Below, piece by piece: positions 19,590-29,336 of a DNA stretch of 36,957 nt. Below the pieces are notes generated by a model that saw only the letters and a program-made list of their open reading frames with translations, had not been told where the DNA came from and searched no databases. Each line of letters starts with the position of its first letter. Within the stretch, counting starts at the first letter, position 1. Origin of the DNA: Lentisphaeria bacterium (lineage in GTDB: Bacteria > Verrucomicrobiota > Lentisphaeria > JABSQK01 > JAWLHB01); assembly GCA_041690595.1 (NCBI GenBank), contig JAWLHB010000030.1, positions 62,001 to 98,957 of the forward strand, in the 5' to 3' direction. The position numbers were made by a program, and so were the translations under genes.

Positions 19590-22500
19590 ATGAGGTTTTT
19601 GAGCTTTCTGATGGTGGTGGGAACAGTGATCGTTTCGATGGCCGGTACGAGCTTGAGCGAAGAGGCCTTGGAGAGGAAGCCGGCGATACTCTTCGTGACG
19701 CCCAACGTCTCCAGCGATACCAGCCATGCCTATGTGGACTGGAACTGGCTGAATGAGCTGCATGAGGCGGGCTTCGAGGTGGACGTGCGGGATGAAGATG
19801 GGATGGAGGCGATGACGTGGGAGCGGGTCCGCCACTTCAACGTGCTCTTTCTCTATTCGAGCCCGGATGCGTTGCTTCGGCAATGGCAGGGGCGACCGAG
19901 CGACGCCGAAAAGGTGCGGGTCTTTCAGGAGATCCTCCGTCGCTTCACCGCGGCAGGTGGGGGCCTTTTCCTCATGCCGACGGAGCACAACATCCGCAAG
20001 CAGGCGCTGGCGGATGCGACGGCGATGATGGATGTACGGTTACCAGCGGAGTGCATTGTCGAGGAGAACCCCAACAATCTGGCCTTTCTGAGCCATGCCG
20101 CCATGCCGACTCCGCTGGCGTGGACGGATGTCGTGGAGAAGTCGCCGGTGAGCGCGGGGGTCAGAGGGATCTGGTATCCCTTCGCGGAAAGATACTCGGC
20201 ATCGCAGATGAATCCACTGGAGGTGAGCGCGGACTGGCAGGTGGTGGTGCGTACCTCGCCCACGGCCCGGACGCTGCCCGTTCACGGCTTGCGCGAGGAA
20301 GGTCTGACAGGCTATGACATCCGGGAGCTGGAGAATCTGTACTATCGGGAGGAGGGGGAGCGGCAGCCGGCGCTCTTCGCGATCCGCGACTGGAATGGGG
20401 GCCGGGTCGCCATCTGCCCGATGTGGCGGATGTTCAGCGTCGCTTCGGGGACGCAATGGATCTTCAACCGGGAGGTACTGGAGCGCGGCTTCGGAAATCG
20501 GCCCAGCGACTTCAACCGGCTGCTGCACAACACCTTTCGCTGGCTGGCGGAGCCGTCACTTCGGGCTGGAGCGGAGATCGGAGGATATGTCACGACGCGG
20601 GCCTTGGTACCGAAAAATGAGAGGGAGGGCGCGTTCGAGCGTTTCAGAAAGCAATTTGCGCCGGGCAAATACGACAACCAGCCGCCAGCGGGCGCGAAGA
20701 TGTACAAGGGGTTGATCGGAGCACGGACGGCGTTTACCGCGGGTGGGAGTGGCAGCCTGGCCGAGTATGCCCGGGCGGCTCGGGGAGCGGGGCTGGACTA
20801 TGTGGTATTTCTGGAGGAACTGAACGATCTTACTCCGGCTTCCTGGCAGCTTTTTTCGGAGGAATGCCAGGCGCATTCGGACGCGGCCTTGCTGCTCATT
20901 CCTGGCATGAGCGGGCGGAACAACCTGGGCAACTTCATGTTTCTTTACGGGCAGGGACTGCCCTTTCCGATGGAGAGTGGGTTGATCCGGAATGAGGAAG
21001 GGCGACGGCTCTTCTACATTCAGGCGCAGAATGCGAAAGGTCAATTCACGCCCAACCACACGCCGTTGTTTTCGTGGCTGTTGGACGTGGCGAAGCGCTA
21101 TCAGATCGGCTACGGCGATTTTGCTTCCAGCCCGCGGGGCATGACCATGGAGCAGTTGCGTCTGTGCGGATCGGCCGCCGTCGAGTTCTACCGGAATGGG
21201 GAGCTGGTTGAGAGTCTGCTCGATGAGTATCTGGCTACCGCCCAAGGGACGCTGGCGCCCTCGCCGCTGGCCGTCAACCGGGTCAACTCGCCTGGGGAAC
21301 TCCAGCGGGAGGTGGCCGCGGGTCGCGGCATCGTGCATGCGCAGGCGGGGTCGCTAGAGACGCTGATGGCGCAGGCGTTGCGCTACACGTCTCAGTACGA
21401 CGGGGTCAACGTTTTTCCATCGACGGGACCGATCATCGATTGGTGGCCGGCCACCGCGCGAGCCTTCTCGTTCGGCTCGGAGGAGTACGTGGTGGAGTCG
21501 AACCTGATGCAGGCGCCGCTACGGGTGAGCGCGGCCGCGGGACTGGCGGAGGTTTCGCTGTACAACGGGCGGGAGCTGTTCCGTCGATTTCTGCCGGGCG
21601 GGGTCAAAGAATTCGCGGTCGACCTGGTGCTCGATCGGGTGCTTCAGCGGAATGTGGTGGCCGTGGTGACGGATCTGCAGGGCGGCCGCGCGGTGAGCTT
21701 TCCGCGGCGTTCGTGGAAGGAGGGTTCACCCGCGCCGATATTCTGCAGCGACCACATCAACGACATGACGCGTGTGGCGCTGGCACGTGGGCCGATTGCA
21801 GCGACCTTCTTGCGTCCGCCGCCGGTTCCGGAAGGGATATCGGGATTCACGTGGGACGGTGGGCCGAAGGGTACCCGGCCTTTCTTTGAGTTTTCGAGTA
21901 CGTTCCCGGTGCTGAAGTCGAATCTGGGGAAGGAATCGGCGATAAACATGCTGCAGACGCCGTTGCTGGTGGCGTGCGATGAACTATCGGCGCGCACAGC
22001 CAGCGAGCGGCTTGGGGAGACTTACGGCGATGGTGGAATTTCGGTCTTCAATCCGTGGCGGACCTTCGGGCCGCAGGGTGGAGGCGAGGCGCAGCTCTTT
22101 ACCTGCTATCTGGAGTACCACGAATGGGGACAGCCGATGGCGATGGTGAACGCGTCCGGCTGGGGCTTCGGGGGTGAACGCACGGGGCTGCTGCCGGCGC
22201 GATGGAGAGCGGAAATCCGCTATCGTCAGGCTCAGACGGTGGAGGAACTGCAACTGGCGCTCATGCACGCGAGCATGAAGAATGCGCCGGCGCCGGCCTT
22301 TGTGGTGATGGGTGAGGATCTTGCCACGTCGATCGACCTGACCAGCCTGAAGGGGGTTCGACGGGTACGGCTGGCGACCGGCTCCTGGATGGGGCTCTAC
22401 TCGTCGCGGCTGATGAATGCACACCTGCTCTTCAATCGCGGCGCGGATCTGCTGGTGGAGCTGCGCGAGGGAGACGCCCGCCGGAATGCGGGACCGGGGA

Positions 22501-23180
22501 TGGTCTTCCTTGCCGACAACGCAGGGGCTGCGGTGGAGGGCGGGCAAAGAGACTTTTACGATGTCGGCTTCCTGAACTTTCCGGTGGACGCCGACCCGCG
22601 GGGGCCCGCGGAACTGGGACGCTATGCCGATTATCTGGCGAATCTTCCGGGGCTGGAGCTTGCGGTGGGCAGCCGGGAGGTGGCACCGGGGGCGCTGCGG
22701 ATCGCGGCGGTGAACGGAGTCGCCGATCTGAAGCTGAGTCGGGATAGCGCGCCGCCGATGATGACGGTACCGCTCGAGGTATCGGGGCTGAATCCCCGCT
22801 GGTCGGCGGGGCTCCTGCAACGCCAGGGCTATGTGAAGGGATATTATGGCGATGGGAGCAACCGCTGGCGGCCGCTGGCTCTGGCACCGGACGGGGACGC
22901 GCTGGCGCCGCTGTTCGTGACGCTGGCCCCAGTGACGGATGTGGCGGCAGGGCATCCTGTCATCGCCGACGAGAATGGGAAGCAGCTCTTCATTCAGGTG
23001 ACCTGCACCGGCTCGAATCCGGCGCGTTGGCATGTGTCGGTGAACAACCCGACGGATGCGCCGGTGAAGACGATTCTGCGGCAGGCGCTGGCCGCGCCGG
23101 GGCTGGCCTTTGCCGAGCAGTCGGTGGAGTTGGCAGCCGGGGAATACCGGGTTATCCATGAAGACGAGGAGGGCCGTTGA
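19590..23180 (+). CDS. Large secreted hypothetical protein with a degenerate PHP-like domain
   Basis: Signal peptide, GAGG RBS; KGLIGARTAFTAGGSGSLAEYARAARGAGLDYVVFLEE resembles a PHP N-terminus without the metal-binding histidines; N-terminal segment RFTAAGGGLFL is class-I-GATase-like. Confidence 0.7.
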   Translation: MRFLSFLMVVGTVIVSMAGTSLSEEALERKPAILFVTPNVSSDTSHAYVDWNWLNELHEAGFEVDVRDEDGMEAMTWERVRHFNVLFLYSSPDALLRQWQGRPSDAEKVRVFQEILRRFTAAGGGLFLMPTEHNIRKQALADATAMMDVRLPAECIVEENPNNLAFLSHAAMPTPLAWTDVVEKSPVSAGVRGIWYPFAERYSASQMNPLEVSADWQVVVRTSPTARTLPVHGLREEGLTGYDIRELENLYYREEGERQPALFAIRDWNGGRVAICPMWRMFSVASGTQWIFNREVLERGFGNRPSDFNRLLHNTFRWLAEPSLRAGAEIGGYVTTRALVPKNEREGAFERFRKQFAPGKYDNQPPAGAKMYKGLIGARTAFTAGGSGSLAEYARAARGAGLDYVVFLEELNDLTPASWQLFSEECQAHSDAALLLIPGMSGRNNLGNFMFLYGQGLPFPMESGLIRNEEGRRLFYIQAQNAKGQFTPNHTPLFSWLLDVAKRYQIGYGDFASSPRGMTMEQLRLCGSAAVEFYRNGELVESLLDEYLATAQGTLAPSPLAVNRVNSPGELQREVAAGRGIVHAQAGSLETLMAQALRYTSQYDGVNVFPSTGPIIDWWPATARAFSFGSEEYVVESNLMQAPLRVSAAAGLAEVSLYNGRELFRRFLPGGVKEFAVDLVLDRVLQRNVVAVVTDLQGGRAVSFPRRSWKEGSPAPIFCSDHINDMTRVALARGPIAATFLRPPPVPEGISGFTWDGGPKGTRPFFEFSSTFPVLKSNLGKESAINMLQTPLLVACDELSARTASERLGETYGDGGISVFNPWRTFGPQGGGEAQLFTCYLEYHEWGQPMAMVNASGWGFGGERTGLLPARWRAEIRYRQAQTVEELQLALMHASMKNAPAPAFVVMGEDLATSIDLTSLKGVRRVRLATGSWMGLYSSRLMNAHLLFNRGADLLVELREGDARRNAGPGMVFLADNAGAAVEGGQRDFYDVGFLNFPVDADPRGPAELGRYADYLANLPGLELAVGSREVAPGALRIAAVNGVADLKLSRDSAPPMMTVPLEVSGLNPRWSAGLLQRQGYVKGYYGDGSNRWRPLALAPDGDALAPLFVTLAPVTDVAAGHPVIADENGKQLFIQVTCTGSNPARWHVSVNNPTDAPVKTILRQALAAPGLAFAEQSVELAAGEYRVIHEDEEGR

Positions 23181-24232
23181 TGAAGGCTTTCGACGTGGAG
23201 TTTCACAACGTGGCGGAGCTACGGGAGCGGCCGGCGGCCGGCGGGGGGAGGCAGCTTCTGCGCGTGCCGCACGAGGTGGGTCGCCAGATGTCGTCGCGGG
23301 GGCGCTGGAACTCCCAGCAGACGGGAGGCGTCGAGCTTCGGTTCGTGACGGATGCGCCGCATTTCCGGCTCTTTCTCTCGTCACTGGAAGGCGATGCGGA
23401 GGTGCTGGTCTTTCGCGGCGAACAGCTGGTATCGAGTGATTGGCTCGATCCGGGGCGACAGCTCTGCCTGCATGTGTACGCACCGGAGAAGGCTGCGCTG
23501 GTGGCGGAGTCGGAGCTTGGGCGTGGCAGCCGCTTTGGGCCCGGCGTGTGGCGCATCCTGCTTGCGGGCTATCAGGCAGTCTTTCATGAGCTGGAGAGCT
23601 TTGGCTGGGAAGTGCGTGCGCCTCGGGTGGATGAGCTACCTGGCAAGCGCTGGTTGAACTATGGATCGTCGATCACGGCAGGTAGCGGCAGCTCGCGGAC
23701 GGATCTTAGCTACGGGCAGCTGGCGGCGCGACGGCTTGGCCTGGACGTCCTGAACATGGGGTTCGGGGGCGCCTGCCATGCGGAAGGGGCGCTGGCGGAT
23801 TTCTTTGCGGAAGGGCTGGAGTGGGACCTTGCGACGCTCGAGCTGGGGGTGAACATGCGGGGCAGCTTCGAGCCGGAAATCTTTGCGCAGCGGGCGGGCT
23901 ACCTGATCGACCGGCTGCTGAAGGCGCCACCGGCGCGGCCAGTGATCCTGATTACCCCCTTCATCACCGGCGAAGAACATCAGTTGCCTGTACCGGCGAG
24001 CATCCATCGACAGCGGGCGTATGAAGCGTGGCTGCGGAAGCGCGTGGCCAGCGACGACACCGGGCGGCTGCACCTGATCGAGGGGCACAGCCTGCTGAGT
24101 GAGGTGCATGCGCTGAACGCGGATCAGGTGCACCCGGGACCTTACGGCCACATGCTCATTGCCGAGCGCCTTGCCGATTGCCTGCAGGCCATCCTGACCA
24201 CCCCACAACTGCCAGCGGAATGCCACCGATGA
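23180..24232 (+). CDS. SGNH/GDSL hydrolase family protein
   Basis: Blocks YGSSITAG, NMGFGG, LELGVN, DQVHP; start overlaps the upstream TGA. Confidence 0.9.
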   Translation: MKAFDVEFHNVAELRERPAAGGGRQLLRVPHEVGRQMSSRGRWNSQQTGGVELRFVTDAPHFRLFLSSLEGDAEVLVFRGEQLVSSDWLDPGRQLCLHVYAPEKAALVAESELGRGSRFGPGVWRILLAGYQAVFHELESFGWEVRAPRVDELPGKRWLNYGSSITAGSGSSRTDLSYGQLAARRLGLDVLNMGFGGACHAEGALADFFAEGLEWDLATLELGVNMRGSFEPEIFAQRAGYLIDRLLKAPPARPVILITPFITGEEHQLPVPASIHRQRAYEAWLRKRVASDDTGRLHLIEGHSLLSEVHALNADQVHPGPYGHMLIAERLADCLQAILTTPQLPAECHR

Positions 24233-26265
24233 CGACCATTAACCGAGTGCGATACCTGCGAGCCGGACAGCCGGCGCGGATGGCCGATTTCCTGCGAACG
24301 GCACGGGATTATTTCCGTCCGATGTTGAACGGCGGGAATGGCTCCTGGCGGATCGAGCTGACGAGCGAGTCGGGGCGTCTGGACATGCAGCTTGCGGTCG
24401 CCTTCTTCGAGTCGGATGCCGAAGCGGATGTGGCACTGGCGAACCAACTGGTGCGCCGGGCGCCGATTGCAGCCTTTCCCGCGGGGCACCGTTTCGACAT
24501 TTTCCAGACGAGCATCAGCGCACACCTGCTGGCGCGTTACGAAGCAAAGATGGAGGCGGAGACGGTGCACTGGTGCGAGGAGGTGCTGCGCGAGGGTTGC
24601 CCGAACAGTCCGGGAATGATGACGCCGGACTACCAGTTTCACGGCTTCAACGACAACATGCCCGCCATGACCTGCAAGAGCCTGATCCTGGGGGGTGAGC
24701 GGCTGGCCCGGAACGACTGGGTGGCCGCGGGCATGCACCGGCTTGAGCAAGCGGCCGAGCTGCTCAGTCGCCGCGGCCTGATCAGCGAGTTCAGCAGCCC
24801 GAACTATCTGCCGGATACGATCAATGCCTTCGAGATGCTGGCGGCCCATGCGGCCAGTGTGGAGGCACGGCACCTTGCGGGGTTGATTCTGGAGCGTCTC
24901 TGGCTCGACGCCGCCGCGCACTGGCACCCGGGGGGACGTGCGGCGGCTGGCCCCCATTCGCGGGCCTACGGTTCGGAGTTTCTCAATCACCTGTCACCCA
25001 TGAAGGCGCTGGTCTGGTATCTTCTGGGCAAGGAGATCTCCGGCCTGACCCCGCACGAAGCGTGCGAACCGCGGCCGGGTCTGCTGCTGCTGCACTGCGG
25101 GGATACACTGGAGCAGACGGTGCGGTGCGTCTGGTACGCCAGTAGCGCCTATGCGAGCCTCACGGATGGCACGGCGGCGCTCTTCGTCGAGAAGGCTGAT
25201 CCCTTTGAACTGGTGGCAACGGCGGAGTTCGGCGACGATGGTGCACACGCTGCCCGGCGTACGGTATGCACCACCTGGATGCGTCCCGCGTACAGCCTGG
25301 CGACAACCACCACACCCTTCTGCGGCGGAGAGCAGACGTCGACACTCTTCGTGACGACTGCGTCGAAGGCTGAAGCGCCGCCGGTGGCGGGCGTGAAGTA
25401 CCTGGTGGACGACAATGAGCCGGGGAATGTGCGGCAGATGGATTGGCATGTGGCGCGGAACGGGGAAGACTGGGTGAAGAGTCAGGGCGAGACAGCCGCC
25501 GTACAGCATCAGGGTAGCGCCCTGCTGTGGTCCCAGCCGCAGCTGAAGCTGGCCGGTACCGCCGTGAAATCCCTGCGCCTGGCTTTCATCCTGTCGACGG
25601 CATTTGAAGCGCCGGCGGAGCTGATCATCGGGGATGAAGAGGTCAGGGATTGGTACGGGCGGTTCCCGGCGGATCGCTGGATCGGCATCCGCCTGGGTGA
25701 AGCGTTGATCGGGCTGCGCCCCCTGGCGGGCAACCTGCTGCCGGTGGGAACACCGGAAGTGGTGCTACGCCTCAGCGCCAAGTGCCATAGCCTGGAAATT
25801 GTCAACTATGCGGGGCCTGAACGCAGCTTCACGCGGGCGGAGCTGGCGCTGCTGCAGAACGGGATGGCCGTCGAAGTGGCCACCGCCGCCGATTACCCGA
25901 CCTTGCGCGACTTTGTGAGTGAGCTTGCCCGCCGCACAGCTATCGAAGACTATTACCTTTTCCGTACGCGCCGCATACGCTACAGGCGGGCTGCGATGGC
26001 TGACCGGGACGAGGTGCTTCTGACACTTACCGCCAGTACTGGGCATGGCACCGCGCTGGTCGCCGTCAACGGGATCGAGCCCGGTGGAACGCCCTGGCAA
26101 TGCACGGGAATTCCGGCGGAGGAGGTGCCCTTCCTGGGACCGGGGCAGGCTTTCCTGTCGCGGCGGCGGATGCCCTGGGTCGATGACCTGTCGATCCATT
26201 GGTATCCGGACGAACCATGGGCAGTTCTTGAAAACCGACCATTAACAGAGGAGATATCATTATGA
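24229..26265 (+). CDS. Hypothetical protein, possibly an alpha/alpha-toroid plus beta-sandwich carbohydrate-active enzyme
   Basis: ATGA coupling; motifs GFNDNMP, EFSSPNY, AGPHSRAY; helical N-half and beta-rich C-half; fold is inference only. Confidence 0.65.
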   Translation: MTTINRVRYLRAGQPARMADFLRTARDYFRPMLNGGNGSWRIELTSESGRLDMQLAVAFFESDAEADVALANQLVRRAPIAAFPAGHRFDIFQTSISAHLLARYEAKMEAETVHWCEEVLREGCPNSPGMMTPDYQFHGFNDNMPAMTCKSLILGGERLARNDWVAAGMHRLEQAAELLSRRGLISEFSSPNYLPDTINAFEMLAAHAASVEARHLAGLILERLWLDAAAHWHPGGRAAAGPHSRAYGSEFLNHLSPMKALVWYLLGKEISGLTPHEACEPRPGLLLLHCGDTLEQTVRCVWYASSAYASLTDGTAALFVEKADPFELVATAEFGDDGAHAARRTVCTTWMRPAYSLATTTTPFCGGEQTSTLFVTTASKAEAPPVAGVKYLVDDNEPGNVRQMDWHVARNGEDWVKSQGETAAVQHQGSALLWSQPQLKLAGTAVKSLRLAFILSTAFEAPAELIIGDEEVRDWYGRFPADRWIGIRLGEALIGLRPLAGNLLPVGTPEVVLRLSAKCHSLEIVNYAGPERSFTRAELALLQNGMAVEVATAADYPTLRDFVSELARRTAIEDYYLFRTRRIRYRRAAMADRDEVLLTLTASTGHGTALVAVNGIEPGGTPWQCTGIPAEEVPFLGPGQAFLSRRRMPWVDDLSIHWYPDEPWAVLENRPLTEEISL

Positions 26266-28646
26266 GGTTGTCGGCAACGTTAACCGCGCTGACGCTGGGA
26301 TTTGCGGCAGTACTTTTGGGTAGTGGCTGCCGAAGCACCGGCGGGTCGGCATCGCCCTTGGTCCTGATCGAGAATGGCGGCAGTCCGTATCTGATTGTTC
26401 ATGACAGCAGCTCCGCGCCAGAGCGCTTTGCGGTGAAGGAGCTGGTTGAGATCGTCAAGAGCACGACTGGTGTGGAACTCCGCGCCGTGGATGCAGCTTC
26501 GGATGAGGGGAAGGCGGGGACGCGGCGCATTCTGATCGGCAGGAGCAGTCTCGTGAGGGGCCGGGTCGGGGAGACGCTTTTCGATTCGCTGCAACCGCAG
26601 GAATCGCTGGTGACGGCACGCGGCGCGGAGCTGATCCTGACTGGGGGCGACGACTGGGGAACGGTCTACGCCGTCTACGATTTTGTCGAGAACGAGGCGG
26701 GGTATCGTAACTTTCTGCCTGCGCCGGGAGGCGAGCGCTTTGTCAAGGCGGATACGCTGCGTTATTCAGGGCGACAGACGCGCCGGATTCCGGCCTTCAA
26801 GGGTTATCGCGACGGGCATCCGCGCTTCTGGCCGGGTATGGATGCCATGGCAGCCGGGAAGTTTTTCTTCCGCAACCGCATGAATCTGGTGCAGACCCTG
26901 CACGGTGACTTTGCCAAGGATAGCGGCCTGCGAGAGCAGTTCCATTTCAAGAGCCATAGCCATGGCTTCCACTTCATCGGCTGGGAGGAGACCTTCGCGA
27001 CGCATCCGGAATACTTCACCATGAACGCGGACGGTGAACGGATTTCCAACGCCCAGCTCTGCCTGTCGAACGATGACTGTCGGCGCCTGGTGACGGCGAA
27101 GGTGCTGGAGATCGTCGCGCGCGATCATCCCGACGGGGTCAACTGCTACGTGGTGGCGTCGAACGACAATTGGGGCAAGCGATACTGCTGGTGTCCAGAC
27201 TGCCTGCAGTTGGAGAAGACGTACAACTCTACTGGCGGCCCGCTGTGGGATTACATGCTGGAGCTGTGCGCTGAAGTGGGGAAGGAGTATCCGGATGTCT
27301 TCATTTCCACGCTGGCCTACAAGGGGCCGCAACAGACGGAGAAGGCACCGGACAACATCGTCTTTCCGGCCAACTTCATTGCCGATTGCGCCTTTCTTAA
27401 CAGCCTCCGGAGCCTGAAAGAGATCCCGGCGGAGACGCTGGAAAACGGGGAGCGCTTTCAGAAGTTCGAGAATCTCCAGAAGTGGAACACGATAGCCAGC
27501 CACGTATCCTACTGGTTCTATGGTCATGCGAGCGGCCCGACCGCCATCTACGAGCGGCCGGCGCAGGAGCTGCGTGAACTGCGTGATGCCGGCGTCGAGA
27601 GCATCTTCGTCTGCAATTTTGCCGGTGACCAGCAGTTCGGCGAGGTATCGCGGTACGTGACGCTGCGGCTGATGCTCGATCCGGATCAGGATCCCAGAGC
27701 GTTGGCCACCGAGGCCGCCGACTTCTTCTACGGGGATGCGGCTGAGATGATGATGGCCCACATCGACGAGATGGAAGCCCTGCGCCTTTCCCCGGGTCTG
27801 AGTCCCGCTGCGCACAATCCCTTCCCTGCCTTCACCATGCTGAAACCCGAGCAGATCCTGCGCTGGCGTGCCGACTTCGACAAGATGGAGGCGTTGACCG
27901 CGGAAGACCCGAGAACCAATTTCCATGTCCGTGTCTCGCGTACGGCCGTCGATGTGTGGTCGATGATCTTCCTGCGCAGCATCCAGAAAGAGTATCCCGA
28001 TTTTTCACCTGACATCCAGGCGCTTGTCGACAAGGGATTGGCGACCTGCGACCAGATGAAGGTGGCGAAGATCGAGCCGCGTACGAATATCGTTCGGCGC
28101 GCCTTCGAATCGCTGCAATTGTTTGCCTACCTCAAGGACAATACCGTGCCCCCGGCGCTGCAGGACTATCCGCGGGAGAGCATCATCCGCCACCTGCCCA
28201 ACACCACCCAGCGTGCGAGCATCCTCGTGCCCGACGCCGATGCCGTCACCGGTTTCGCCATCCAGACCAAGCTTCCCCCCAAGGCGACCTACGCGGAGAC
28301 GGTCGGCTTCGAGTTCTACGATGCCCTCGAAGCGAAGTGGCTGCTTCGGGCTGAGAGCGCGTCGCTGAAGCTGGCGGAGATTGTCCCCGGCCGCTACACC
28401 CTCCACCGAGTCGGAACGGAGCGGCTGCCCAAGTCGTCGCGTTTCGTCGTCGGCAATCTATGGGGCTCCGGCCTGGATATCGATGCGCTGGCCACCTATT
28501 ACAATCCCGATCACCACAATCGCCAGTACGAGATCTGGATCTCGCTGAAGTTCGAAGGGCCGGAATTCGACCCGCAAAGCAAAGCCGAAGCAAGCCACAT
28601 CTACTGGGACCAGATCTTCCTGGTGGAAAAAGGTGACGGCGACTAG
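26262..28646 (+). CDS. DUF4838 domain lipoprotein with a GH67/GH20-type N-terminal domain
   Basis: Lipobox LLGSGC; ERFAVKELVEIVKSTTG, GTVYAVYDFVE, HPEYF...QLCLSN, NDNW...CWCPDC, ISTLAY; GAGGAG RBS. Confidence 0.8.
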   Translation: MRLSATLTALTLGFAAVLLGSGCRSTGGSASPLVLIENGGSPYLIVHDSSSAPERFAVKELVEIVKSTTGVELRAVDAASDEGKAGTRRILIGRSSLVRGRVGETLFDSLQPQESLVTARGAELILTGGDDWGTVYAVYDFVENEAGYRNFLPAPGGERFVKADTLRYSGRQTRRIPAFKGYRDGHPRFWPGMDAMAAGKFFFRNRMNLVQTLHGDFAKDSGLREQFHFKSHSHGFHFIGWEETFATHPEYFTMNADGERISNAQLCLSNDDCRRLVTAKVLEIVARDHPDGVNCYVVASNDNWGKRYCWCPDCLQLEKTYNSTGGPLWDYMLELCAEVGKEYPDVFISTLAYKGPQQTEKAPDNIVFPANFIADCAFLNSLRSLKEIPAETLENGERFQKFENLQKWNTIASHVSYWFYGHASGPTAIYERPAQELRELRDAGVESIFVCNFAGDQQFGEVSRYVTLRLMLDPDQDPRALATEAADFFYGDAAEMMMAHIDEMEALRLSPGLSPAAHNPFPAFTMLKPEQILRWRADFDKMEALTAEDPRTNFHVRVSRTAVDVWSMIFLRSIQKEYPDFSPDIQALVDKGLATCDQMKVAKIEPRTNIVRRAFESLQLFAYLKDNTVPPALQDYPRESIIRHLPNTTQRASILVPDADAVTGFAIQTKLPPKATYAETVGFEFYDALEAKWLLRAESASLKLAEIVPGRYTLHRVGTERLPKSSRFVVGNLWGSGLDIDALATYYNPDHHNRQYEIWISLKFEGPEFDPQSKAEASHIYWDQIFLVEKGDGD

Positions 28647-28667
28647 GCGCGGCGGACGCGGAGACGA

Positions 28668-28697
28668 CCGGCGGGGCGCTGCCCCGGCCCCCGCTGG
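28668..28697. terminator. GC-rich hairpin downstream of operon 3 (terminator or REP-like)
   Basis: CCGGCGGGG...CCCCGCTGG, or alternatively GGGGC-GCT-GCCCC; no clear U-tract; lies between convergent units. Confidence 0.35.
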
Positions 28698-28763
28698 GGA
28701 GGCGTCTTTGTATCGGTATAGCGAAGGATAACTTGCAACGCGAAACGATCTGACTACTTTATC

Positions 28764-28820
28764 GGAAGCGACCAGATTGGCCGGTTCAACCGACTAAGGG
28801 CTTAGTCCCCTGGCCGCCCC
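28764..28820 (-). ncRNA. Candidate DUF3800-associated structured RNA (three-way junction)
   Basis: Minus strand GGGGCGGCCAG-GG-GACUAA-GCCC-UUAGUC-GGUUG-AAC-CGGCC-AAU-CUGGUCGCUUC: 11-bp closing stem with three G-U pairs enclosing two hairpins; overlaps the DUF3800 stop codon. Confidence 0.6.
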
Positions 28821-29112
28821 TTTTTTTCCTGCTCGCTGAGCCAAGCCAGTACATCTGGCCAAGGCTCAGTCCCTCGATGGATGAGGGGCTTTAGCGCCTC
28901 GATGGGCTCCAAATCAATCGCTTTGACGGTTGGAAGTTCCTCCTTCTGCTCTTCATGCTTGCGGATGCTGAAGGCGCAGAGGTCGCAAAGCTGGAGCACC
29001 AAGCTCGAAGTGGACTCGATGAAGAAGCCTTTCTCGATGACATGGTCGAGCTTCAGACTGCCGTTGAAAGCGCGAAATACCTTGAGCGACTTCTCGATAT
29101 CCTTGACGACCA
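28802..29112 (-). pseudogene. 3' remnant of a DUF3800-family gene (5'-truncated)
   Basis: VIEKGFFIESTSSLVLQLCDLCAFSIRK carries the DUF3800 C-terminal S....QxxD motif; no N-terminal DE(S)G region upstream, where unrelated AT-rich sequence begins at ~29113. Confidence 0.7.
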
Positions 29113-29116
29113 AGGG

Positions 29117-29239
29117 GCACATGAAGAATTGGCCCGGCTTTCGCATGCTGGTGTGAGTTTGAGGCTAAAGTCGGGATTTTCCATCAAAAGGCACTACAAA
29201 ACCGTGTCTCGCTTTTCTTTTGTTTCAATCATCAGGTGC
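29117..29239. mobile_element. Possible MITE or internally deleted IS remnant
   Basis: Imperfect terminal inverted repeats GCACATGAAGAAT / GCACCTGATGATT (10/13); AT-rich, non-coding; sits at the DUF3800 breakpoint; no target duplication seen. Confidence 0.3.
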
Positions 29240-29282
29240 GTGGCGGGAGGGAGGGACCTCTGCGTGCCCGTGGGGCATGCGG

Positions 29283-29300
29283 GCCACTCGGGCGAGTGGC
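29283..29300. repeat. Solo REP-like hairpin GCCACTC-GGGC-GAGTGGC
   Basis: Third copy of the hairpin at 15681-15698 and 36722-36739. Confidence 0.65.
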
Positions 29301-29336
29301 GTTGCCGGGAGGGAGACGGAGAGGGCGCGGGGAGGC

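Noticed and set aside
28764..28820. tRNA call for the structured element (GGGGCGG start, GGTTGAACC T-arm-like loop)
   Set aside because: Only ~57 nt with two internal arms, no canonical TTCRA loop or CCA end
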